Of a DNA stretch of 64,000 nt, positions 9,731 to 17,652 are shown piece by piece. The stretch lies in NCBI GenBank assembly GCA_013333195.2, contig JABCPG020000023.1, positions 7,970 through 71,969 on the forward strand, given 5' to 3'. The first letter of the stretch is position 1. The number at the start of each line of letters is the position of its first letter. The translations under genes and the position numbers were made by a program. A model generated the notes under the pieces. That model saw only the letters and a program-made list of their open reading frames with translations, was not told where the DNA came from and ran no database searches. The stretch comes from Bacteroidia bacterium. Its GTDB lineage: Bacteria; Bacteroidota; Bacteroidia; Bacteroidales; CAJPTX01.

Positions 9731-11119
9731 ATGCCAGCGAATAAGATAGAGCGCGTGCCGGTGCGAGAGCAGGATCCACAGGTGCGGGCGACCAATTTCC
9801 GGGAGGTTTGCTACGGTTATAATCTTCAAGAGGCTCGGCTGGAAGCATCGCGCTGCCTGCAATGCAAGCGGCCTCGCTGCGTGGAGGCGTGCCCGGTAAA
9901 CATTAAGATACCCCAGTTTATACATGCGGTTGAAGATGGCAATTTGCTCGCCGCGGCGGATGTGATATGGCAGGACAGCAGTTTGCCGGCGGTGTGCGGG
10001 CGCGTATGTCCGCAGGAGACTCAGTGCGAGGGAGCCTGCATTCGGGGAGTGAAGGGGGAGCCCGTGGCGATTGGGAAGCTAGAGCGTTTTGTGGCGGACA
10101 ACGCGCGGCGAGAAGATTATTTCAATACCGAAGTAGCGCCGGCGAATGGTAAGCGTGTAGCGATTATTGGTTCTGGGCCGGCGGGGTTGGCCTGCGCGAG
10201 CGATTTGGCCCGCTGGGGTTACAAGGTGAAGATCTTTGAGGCGTTGCATGAGCCGGGGGGCGTGCTTGAGTATGGCATCCCGGAGTTCCGTTTACCCAAA
10301 ACTGGGGTGGTAGCGCCGGAGATTGAGAACGTGAAGCGCCTGGGCGTAGAGATTGAAACCGATGTGGTGGTGGGGCGTACCATAACCATAGATAGCTTGA
10401 TGGATAAAGAGGGTTACGATGCGGTTTTCATAGGTTCGGGCGCCGGGCTTCCGAAGTTTATGGATATCCCCGGAGAGAATCTCAACGGCGTGGTGTCGGC
10501 CAATGAGTTGCTTACGCGCACGAACCTCATGCGGGCGTTCGATGCGGAATCCGACACCCCGGTGTACGTGGGTAAGCGGGTGGTGGTGGTGGGCGGGGGT
10601 AACGTGGCCATGGATGCGGCGCGCACGGCGAAGCGTCTTGGGGCCGATGTGTATCTTGTGTACCGCCGTTCGGAGGCCGAGCTCCCCGCGCGTCGGGAAG
10701 AGGTGCACCATGCTAAGGAGGAGGGGATTAACTTCAATCTGCTTACGAATCCCGTGGAGATTCTCGGCACGGCGGAAGGCTGGGTGTCGGGTATTCGTGC
10801 AGTGCGTATGGAGTTGGGAGAACCGGATGCGAGCGGGCGGCGTAGCCCTGTGGAGGTTAAGGGGTCTGACTTTACTATTGATTGCGACGTGGTGGTGATG
10901 TCGTTGGGCACGTCTCCAAACCCCCTTATAGGGCGTACGACCCCGAACCTAGAAATTGGGAAAAAGGGGGGGATAGTTGCGCAGGAGGCTAGCGGGGCGA
11001 CGAGTCGCCCGGGTGTTTTTGCGGGAGGCGATGCGGTGTCGGGCGCGGCCACGGTGATTCTGGCGATGGGCGCCGGGCGGAAGGCAGCGCGGGGCATCCA
11101 CGAGTATTTGAGCCGTTAG
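9731..11119 (+). CDS. NADPH-dependent glutamate synthase small-chain-like oxidoreductase (NfnB / GltD family)
   Basis: 462 aa. N-terminal Fe-S Cys clusters (CLQCKRPRCVEACPV; CGRVCPQETQCEGAC) and two dinucleotide folds (VAIIGSGPAGLACA; VVVVGGGNVAMDAART). Adjacent to the NfnA-like partner. Confidence 0.85.
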   Translation: MPANKIERVPVREQDPQVRATNFREVCYGYNLQEARLEASRCLQCKRPRCVEACPVNIKIPQFIHAVEDGNLLAAADVIWQDSSLPAVCGRVCPQETQCEGACIRGVKGEPVAIGKLERFVADNARREDYFNTEVAPANGKRVAIIGSGPAGLACASDLARWGYKVKIFEALHEPGGVLEYGIPEFRLPKTGVVAPEIENVKRLGVEIETDVVVGRTITIDSLMDKEGYDAVFIGSGAGLPKFMDIPGENLNGVVSANELLTRTNLMRAFDAESDTPVYVGKRVVVVGGGNVAMDAARTAKRLGADVYLVYRRSEAELPARREEVHHAKEEGINFNLLTNPVEILGTAEGWVSGIRAVRMELGEPDASGRRSPVEVKGSDFTIDCDVVVMSLGTSPNPLIGRTTPNLEIGKKGGIVAQEASGATSRPGVFAGGDAVSGAATVILAMGAGRKAARGIHEYLSR

Positions 11120-11196
11120 GATGGCACGTGCCGCGGGGGTTTCCATTCGCATCCATTTGGCTATCTTCGCGGCTCGGTATAAACACATGCGAAACG

Positions 11197-12171
11197 ATGG
11201 ATCGCGCGATTAATGTTGCTATTCTTGGAGGGGGATACTCCGCGGAGCGGAGCGTGGCGCTGAGCAGCGCCGAGGAGATGTATAGGTGGCTTCAGCTTAC
11301 GGCTTTCAAACCGTGGCTCATCGATGTACGTGAGCACGAATGGGTGGCAAACGTGGAGGGTAAGGAGATCCCGGTCGATTTGAATCGTTTCGCGATATCG
11401 GTCAATGCTCAAGAGGTGAAGTTTGATGCTGCGCTTCTAGCCATCCATGGGACTCCCGGAGAGAATGGGCTTATCCAGGGGTACCTGGATCTTAAGCATA
11501 TCCCCTACTCAACGGGCGATACCTTCACGGAAGCGATTTCGTTCAACAAAAGCGCCTGTAAGCTCTACGTGGGGGATCTGGTTCCCACTGCGCGCCATGT
11601 GCAGATTGCGCGTCGGGCGGATGCCGATGTGTATTCCCTGGAGCGGCGTTTAGATTACCCGATGTTCGTTAAGCCGAATGCGAATGGGAGCAGCGTGGGG
11701 GTGAGCAAGGCGAAGGATCGAGCGGGGTTAGTGGCGGGGCTAAAAACGGCATTCTCGCTGGGCGATGATGTGCTCGTGGAGCAGGCGATTAGCGGGGTAG
11801 AGGTGTCGTGCGGTCTCGTATCGTTGCACGATAACATTATAGTTTTTCCTATTACGGAGCTGGTGAGCCCTTCGGAATTTTTTGACTACGTTTCGAAGTA
11901 TGATGGTTCGACCCAGGAGATTACGCCCGCGCGCATCCCGACGGAAGTGGCCCTAAAAATCTCAAACTATTCGCGGGCTATCTATCGGCGGTTGAATTGC
12001 CGAGGGATTGCGCGGATAGATTATATCATAAGCGGCGATACTCCCTACTTCCTAGAGATTAATACGGTGCCGGGCATGACCGCGGAGAGCATTGTGCCTA
12101 AGCAGGTGCGCGCGATGGGGCAAACCATGCCGGAGATTCTCGGTCTACTGGTCCAGGAGATGGTGAGTTAA
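11197..12171 (+). CDS. ddl: D-alanine--D-alanine ligase
   Basis: ATP-grasp layout: VAILGGGYSAERSVALSS, HGTPGENGLIQG, FVKPNANGSSVGVSK, EINTVPGMT. Start set at MDRAINV; the ORF track starts at 11128. Confidence 0.9.
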   Translation: MDRAINVAILGGGYSAERSVALSSAEEMYRWLQLTAFKPWLIDVREHEWVANVEGKEIPVDLNRFAISVNAQEVKFDAALLAIHGTPGENGLIQGYLDLKHIPYSTGDTFTEAISFNKSACKLYVGDLVPTARHVQIARRADADVYSLERRLDYPMFVKPNANGSSVGVSKAKDRAGLVAGLKTAFSLGDDVLVEQAISGVEVSCGLVSLHDNIIVFPITELVSPSEFFDYVSKYDGSTQEITPARIPTEVALKISNYSRAIYRRLNCRGIARIDYIISGDTPYFLEINTVPGMTAESIVPKQVRAMGQTMPEILGLLVQEMVS

Positions 12172-13118
12172 TGGCAGAATAGTCCTTTCAGAAAACCGGT
12201 GCCGTAGCCCACCAGCTGCACGCAGCACGCCATCATGGCGAGCCATCCGAGGCGGAAGCTTTTGAGGGTGGCGGTGGCGTGAATTAGCACGATTAGGCAG
12301 TAGAGCGTTGTGGCCATAGCCATCGCTAGGCTGAAGGTGCGCCATAGCGTCGTAAGGGCAAAGGCGGCTAGCACTACCCCGATGGTGGGGAGGACGTGCA
12401 CGGGGCGTAGCGTGCCTTTGTGCTTCCGGGAGAGGGCTACGCGCGCGCGCCCGGAGTGCTGCACCTGCGTGAAGAATTGGCGTAGTGATGTTCGGCGTTT
12501 ATGGAATACGAATAGTTCGCGGCAGAGCTGTGAATGGTAGCCGGCTTCAACGATGCGCATGCTAAAGTCCACGTCCTCGCCGTAACGCATATTGGAGAAT
12601 CCTCCGATGGCGTTAAACGCGTCCCGGCGCACCCCCATATTGAAAGTGCGGGGATAAAATTTATCTACCGTTTCTGAGCCGCCTCGGATCCCGCCCGTGC
12701 TAAAGGGAGAGGTCATCGCGTAGCTTATAGCCTTTTGGACCGGGGAGAATGAGGGGTGGGCGGCATCAGGCCCTCCCCATAGCGCGCAGTTGGGCGTAGC
12801 CGCGATGAATCGATTCGCCATCTCCATGTAGCGCGGTGGGATAAGGCAATCGGAATCAAAGAATAGGATGTATTCGCCGGTGCATAGCGATACTCCAAGA
12901 TTTCTAGCTTTCGCGGGGCCTTGATTGGGGGTATATTCGTAGCGGAGTTGCAGATGCTGTGCCCATCGGTGGCATTCCTGCTCGCCGCGAAGGTAGGAGC
13001 CGTCCTCGATGACCACCACATCGAAATGTTTGTAGCTCTGCGCTGCGAGGGTTGCCAGCAGCTCGTCGATTTCTTTGGGCCTGTTGTACAGAGGAATGAC
13101 CACGCTGAATGTCGCCAT
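12168..13118 (-). CDS. Glycosyltransferase family 2 with C-terminal membrane helices
   Basis: FSVVIPLYNRPKEIDELLATLAAQSY..FDVVVIEDGS and DSDC (DxD-like) motifs. Hydrophobic C-terminus. Confidence 0.8.
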   Translation of the reverse strand: MATFSVVIPLYNRPKEIDELLATLAAQSYKHFDVVVIEDGSYLRGEQECHRWAQHLQLRYEYTPNQGPAKARNLGVSLCTGEYILFFDSDCLIPPRYMEMANRFIAATPNCALWGGPDAAHPSFSPVQKAISYAMTSPFSTGGIRGGSETVDKFYPRTFNMGVRRDAFNAIGGFSNMRYGEDVDFSMRIVEAGYHSQLCRELFVFHKRRTSLRQFFTQVQHSGRARVALSRKHKGTLRPVHVLPTIGVVLAAFALTTLWRTFSLAMAMATTLYCLIVLIHATATLKSFRLGWLAMMACCVQLVGYGTGFLKGLFCH

Positions 13119-13149
13119 ACGTTTGGTTTATTTTACTGTTTGTTTGCCG

Positions 13150-14133
13150 CTAGGGGCGCGCTCTTGGGGGGAGTTCGAGTTCTGTGGCGCTGTAGCTGCG
13201 GATGAATTCTAGTATTGCATCTACATTGCGAGGGGAGAACCACTCGATATCGGTTTCTCGTTTCCACCACGTCATCTGCCGTTTGGCGTAGCGTCGGGTG
13301 TTGGTTTTAATGCAAGCAATGGCCTGTTGACGGGAGCAACGGCCGTCGAAGTAATCGAATAGCTCGCGGTACCCCACCGTGCGCAGCGAGGGGCAATCTC
13401 TATATGGTATCATCTGTCTGGCTTCCGCCTCTAGCCCTCTTGATATCATGTCGTCCACGCGGGTGCTAATGCGTTGTTCGAGCGAGTCCATGGGGAGGAT
13501 GAGGCCTATCTTCAGAACATTAAACGGCAGGATGGGGGTGGTGTGGGATAGCCATTCGCTGTAGGGGCGTCCGGTTTGTATCGTGATTTCCAGCGCGCGT
13601 AGGACCCTCGCGCCGTTGCGCGTGTCTAACGAGTCGAATCCCTTGGGATCGAGCGTTGCGATCTGCGTTGCGAGCGCGGCCACCCCATCGTGGCGGAGCT
13701 GTTCCGTTAGCCGTGCGCGTAGCGCTGGGTCGGGGGTTGGGAAATCTTCAATCCCGTTGCATAGGGCGCTAATGTACAGCATGGATCCGCCCGTAAGAAT
13801 CGCAGTACGTTTTGACGTGAAAAGCCGCGCTAACACCGCTTTTGCCTCCTCGGCATACTGCCCGCATGAGTAGCGTTCCCACACGTTACGGTGCGCCACG
13901 AGGTGGTGTTTTACCGCGTGCAGCTCTTCGTCGCTAGGCCTTGCTACCCCGACATTAAGCTGGCGGAACACCTGGCGTGAATCGGCTGATACGATGTCGC
14001 AACCGAAGCGTTGGGCGAGCTGTATGGCCACGGCTGTTTTTCCAACTGCTGTGGGGCCTAGGACCACGATGAGGAGGGGCTTGCCTGCGTATTCACTCCT
14101 CGAGGGGTGCGCCATCATCACCGTTGTATGCAT
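13150..14133 (-). CDS. miaA: tRNA dimethylallyltransferase
   Basis: P-loop VVLGPTAVGKTAVAIQLA, then IVSADSRQVFRQLNVGVARPS and a C-terminal YAKRQMTWW motif. The exact start is uncertain (Met at 14133, 14118 or 14115). Confidence 0.9.
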   Translation of the reverse strand: MHTTVMMAHPSRSEYAGKPLLIVVLGPTAVGKTAVAIQLAQRFGCDIVSADSRQVFRQLNVGVARPSDEELHAVKHHLVAHRNVWERYSCGQYAEEAKAVLARLFTSKRTAILTGGSMLYISALCNGIEDFPTPDPALRARLTEQLRHDGVAALATQIATLDPKGFDSLDTRNGARVLRALEITIQTGRPYSEWLSHTTPILPFNVLKIGLILPMDSLEQRISTRVDDMISRGLEAEARQMIPYRDCPSLRTVGYRELFDYFDGRCSRQQAIACIKTNTRRYAKRQMTWWKRETDIEWFSPRNVDAILEFIRSYSATELELPPRARP

Positions 14134-14590
14134 TCATTAACTCGTCGATGTCATCAAGATTGCGGAGGAGCGGATCGACTTCATCGAATTGGAATTTTCC
14201 TTTCTTCGCGATGCATGTGGGGACGTTAATGCTTCTAGGTTCCTTGTAGATGTGCGTAACCTCGAGATGCACGGTGTTGTCAAGGAATGTGCCGAAGGCA
14301 TATTCAAAGCATAGGATTTCATCATCCACAAATTCTCGCAGCGGAGTGCCCTCCATGGGACGTTGCGCCTGGCTGTCGTCGTCGTTTTCAAACATCGTTA
14401 GTTCGACGCATTGTTGCCCCTCTTTGTCCACCACGAAGAAGCTTGCCACGCCGCCGGCTTCAAGAGCCAACACGCTTTCTAGGTAAAAATGGAGGCTCAG
14501 GAAGTCCATATTTGCGTCGACCAGGATGTCAGCGCTTACGCCCTTGGCCTTTGGATCAGAGATTCGTAGTTGGTATTGCATTCTCCCCAT
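14093..14590 (-). CDS. Hypothetical acidic protein, possibly a pRiA4b-ORF3/MM3350-like fold
   Basis: 165 aa. YQLRIS...DFLSLHFYL and FEYAFGTFLDNTVHLEVTHI loosely fit the YQLK..L..LH / Y.YDFGD.W.H.I pattern of that family. Its end overlaps the annotated miaA start. Confidence 0.45.
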   Translation of the reverse strand: MGRMQYQLRISDPKAKGVSADILVDANMDFLSLHFYLESVLALEAGGVASFFVVDKEGQQCVELTMFENDDDSQAQRPMEGTPLREFVDDEILCFEYAFGTFLDNTVHLEVTHIYKEPRSINVPTCIAKKGKFQFDEVDPLLRNLDDIDELMNAYNGDDGAPLEE

Positions 14591-14827
14591 TTATGTTTTT
14601 TACATCTGCGCATTGCCCTTGGGTGAGGGTAACCGCAGACCCATTCCGTGCTACGATGCGCGGTTGAATTATGTTGCGTTGTTTGAAAGGGAGTCTTGGT
14701 GGAATGGAGATTCTGATTTTATTTTGCAAGGACACCATTAAATATTTGCAAAGAGTTGAAAATTTGTGTTAAATTGCAAGGCAGAATTAGCAAATAGATA
14801 GTGAGGTAAATCAATACACAAGAAAAT

Positions 14828-16189
14828 ATGGGCACATCAAAAAACACTTCTGTCGCAAGGGATTCGTTCTCTTCAAAATTCGGTGTTATCGCTGCTGCAG
14901 CGGGTTCTGCCGTTGGTTTGGGCAACGTGTGGCGGTTTCCCTACATTGCCGGGGAAGGAGGGGGGAGCGCCTTCCTGATTATATACATTGGATTTATCCT
15001 GCTGCTGGGCATACCTATAGCGGTGGCAGAGTTTTCGATAGGTCGACATGGGCAGGCCAACGCCTCCACCTCGTTTAAGAACATAGCGCCGGGCACGCGG
15101 TGGCATTTCGTGGGGTTGCTTGGAATTCTGTCCTCGTTTGTCATTCTTTCCTACTATACAACCATTGCGGGTTGGACGTTGGAGTACGTGGTGAATTCCT
15201 TTTCGATAGGTAGTCCCACTAGCCCGCTGAATGAGCCGGGATATTTTGAGAATTTCATTTCCGAACCGGGGCGCCCCGTGCTGCTTCAGATTATTTTCAT
15301 GCTGCTCACGGCGTCAATCGTTGTTTTTGGCGTTTCGAAGGGGATAGAGAAGGCCTCGAAGATCCTCATGCCTGTCTTACTGGTACTCATTATAGTCATG
15401 TGCGTGCGTGCGGTGACGTTGGAAGGGGGAATGGGGGGAGTGCGTTTTTTGGTGGAGCCGGATTTCTCTAAGGTTAATGGCCAGACATTCCTCAACGCCA
15501 TGGGGCAAGCATTTTTTTCGCTTTCTCTCGGCATGGGCGTTATGATAACCTACGGTTCGTACATAAAAAAGCGGGATAATCTGCTCACGGCGGCGTGCCA
15601 TGTTGCGGTGGCGGATACTGTAATCGCGGTTTTGTCGGGGATTATGGTTTTTGGGTCAGCCTTTGCCTTTGGGATAAAGCCCAACCAGGGACCTAGCTTA
15701 GTGTTTGTGACGCTTCCCAGGATCTTCCAGGGTATGTTTCTAGGCAACGTTTTTGCGTTCCTCTTTTTCCTGCTACTGGTAATAGCGGCTCTTACCTCTA
15801 CGATTTCTCTTTTCGAGGCGGTTGTGGCGTACGTGCATGAGCGTTTTAAGATGACGCGTATCAAGGCTTCAGCGTTGAGCGCCACGCTAATTATGGTGCT
15901 TGGCATTCCGATTACCCTTTCTGAAGGGGTTTTAGGGAATTGGAAGATTCTTGGGCGAAACCTGCTGGATTTCTTTGATTTCTTCGCTTCGAATATAATG
16001 CTTCCGGTGGGGGCGCTGCTCATTACCCTTTTTGCGGGGTGGTTCCATGGGCATCAAGGGTTTCGGGCTGAGCTTACGAATAATGGGACGCGCAACCGGG
16101 GTTTGTTCGTTATTATAGAAGGGTTGGTCCGTTTCGTAGCACCGGTGTTTATTGTGATTATCATCATTGCAGGCATTATGCAAATTTAG
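14828..16189 (+). CDS. Sodium-dependent transporter, neurotransmitter:sodium symporter (SNF/NSS) family
   Basis: 453 aa, multi-TM. Hallmark GLGNVWRFPY motif in TM1. Confidence 0.9.
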   Translation: MGTSKNTSVARDSFSSKFGVIAAAAGSAVGLGNVWRFPYIAGEGGGSAFLIIYIGFILLLGIPIAVAEFSIGRHGQANASTSFKNIAPGTRWHFVGLLGILSSFVILSYYTTIAGWTLEYVVNSFSIGSPTSPLNEPGYFENFISEPGRPVLLQIIFMLLTASIVVFGVSKGIEKASKILMPVLLVLIIVMCVRAVTLEGGMGGVRFLVEPDFSKVNGQTFLNAMGQAFFSLSLGMGVMITYGSYIKKRDNLLTAACHVAVADTVIAVLSGIMVFGSAFAFGIKPNQGPSLVFVTLPRIFQGMFLGNVFAFLFFLLLVIAALTSTISLFEAVVAYVHERFKMTRIKASALSATLIMVLGIPITLSEGVLGNWKILGRNLLDFFDFFASNIMLPVGALLITLFAGWFHGHQGFRAELTNNGTRNRGLFVIIEGLVRFVAPVFIVIIIIAGIMQI

Positions 16190-16221
16190 CGGTTGGGAGG
16201 TTTACGAACCGAGGTACGGAG

Positions 16222-16266
16222 GGTGGCTGTGAAGGTATCTACTTTCACAGCCACCTTCTTTTTTAT
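16222..16266 (+). terminator. Rho-independent terminator of the NSS transporter gene
   Basis: 12-bp perfect stem ggtggctgtgaa / ttcacagccacc with a 10-nt loop, followed by ttcttttttat. Confidence 0.7.
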
Positions 16267-16439
16267 GGGTTCGCTGTTGGAAGTGGTTATTGTTTGCGGC
16301 AATGGTCTTTTCGGGCGGCGAGGTGCCGATGTTTTTCGGACGTTTCCCTCCCGATGAAGAGGAGCAGCTGCGCTGCCCATTGTTTGACGTATTTATGGGG
16401 CATGGGGTGTGATTGCAGTGGCGTTAAAGGTACAATTGC

Positions 16440-16447
16440 TACCTTTG
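16440..16447 (+). promoter_or_regulatory. -7 promoter box TACCTTTG
   Basis: Perfect TAnnTTTG, 38 nt upstream of the ATG at 16485. Confidence 0.45.
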
Positions 16448-16484
16448 CGAGGCGTGAGGATTGGCATTAATAGAGGATAAACGG

Positions 16485-17033
16485 ATGGACGTGGAATTAT
16501 CGCCCCGCTTGGTAGCGCTGCGTAGCGGGGATGCGATGCGGCAGCTAGAGGTACTTTATGAGTTGCGTGACGGCGAGGATGCCACTCTGCTGCCCGAGTT
16601 GCTGAAGATGGTAACGCAGGCAGAGACCGACAGCCAGGTGCGTCGTGAGGTAGTGGAGCTTCTGTCAGACGTGCGGTCGCGCGCCTTGGTGGCGGCTATG
16701 GGTGAAGCTTTACGGGCGGGGGATGAAGGGCCGCACTTGCCGTTGCTGGTGTCAATCTGCTGGATGAATAGCATGGATTTTTCTCCTATCCTCGATGAGC
16801 TGCTTGAGCTGGTGTCCCATAGCGACTTACAAGTGCAGGTGGAGGCGGTGACTAGCGTGGAGCTGGCGTTAGAGCGAAGCCCATTAAAAAAATTGCGGGA
16901 GGGGATAGCGGTGCTCAAGAAGCGCTTGCAGCGCGTAGAGGGACGAGAGGCCAAAGCGTTGGTTAAAGAGATGATCAACACCCTCGAGCAGCATGCCATG
17001 CAGCGTTCGGGCCAGGAAGATATGGCGCAGTAG
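16485..17033 (+). CDS. Hypothetical all-helical protein (HEAT/armadillo-like repeats)
   Basis: Leu/Glu-rich repeated helices (LPELLKMV...VRREVVELL...). No catalytic motif recognised. Start chosen at MDVELS; the ORF track begins at a TTG at 16461. Confidence 0.5.
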   Translation: MDVELSPRLVALRSGDAMRQLEVLYELRDGEDATLLPELLKMVTQAETDSQVRREVVELLSDVRSRALVAAMGEALRAGDEGPHLPLLVSICWMNSMDFSPILDELLELVSHSDLQVQVEAVTSVELALERSPLKKLREGIAVLKKRLQRVEGREAKALVKEMINTLEQHAMQRSGQEDMAQ

Positions 17034-17595
17034 GGGACAGGGCCATGTTTTGCTAAAGGTCGGGGCGGTTTCGGATAGAACGCATAGGGTGATGGAGCGG
17101 GTTGGTATCAGCGCATTGGAGGGCATAAAAGAGAGTTTTTTGAGGGCTGTCTGAAAGGTTGAGGTGTGTGCATCGAGCGTTGCGTCTTGTCCTCCAGGGG
17201 TGTGGTGCTTTTCGCCCAGGTGGGTTGATGCTCCCATAACGCGGCGTGCCTCACGAACGGAGAAGTCAGGCGGAGGGGGCTAAAGAGATGAAAGATGCGC
17301 GTGGGGCTGGCGATGCCGTTTAGCGTAAAAAGTCTTTTTTCCCGAGCAGCGCGAATGCGTACCATGGGAAGCGGAGATTAGAGGTAAGAGAAAGGAATCT
17401 ACTTGCATTACGCTCGTAGAGGTTGCGGCCTGCTTGCGTAATAAACCTCTTTCCTACCCTGCCGTTTCGTTCCGCTATTGCGCGGAGTAGTCGCGAACGG
17501 CGAGATGCAGGTAGCCAACGCATACTTTAGGGCTGCGCATTCCTTTTTAGCTATAACCATAAAAAATGAGGATTGTAAGCGCGGGCGAGAGTCTC

Positions 17596-17603
17596 TACTT
17601 TTG
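17596..17603 (+). promoter_or_regulatory. -7 promoter box TACTTTTG upstream of feoAB
   Basis: Perfect TAnnTTTG, 50 nt upstream of the ATG at 17653. Confidence 0.5.
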
Positions 17604-17652
17604 CACTGGGGTGGGGGCATGTGGGTGGAGTAGCAAAAAGAAAGGAAGTGTA

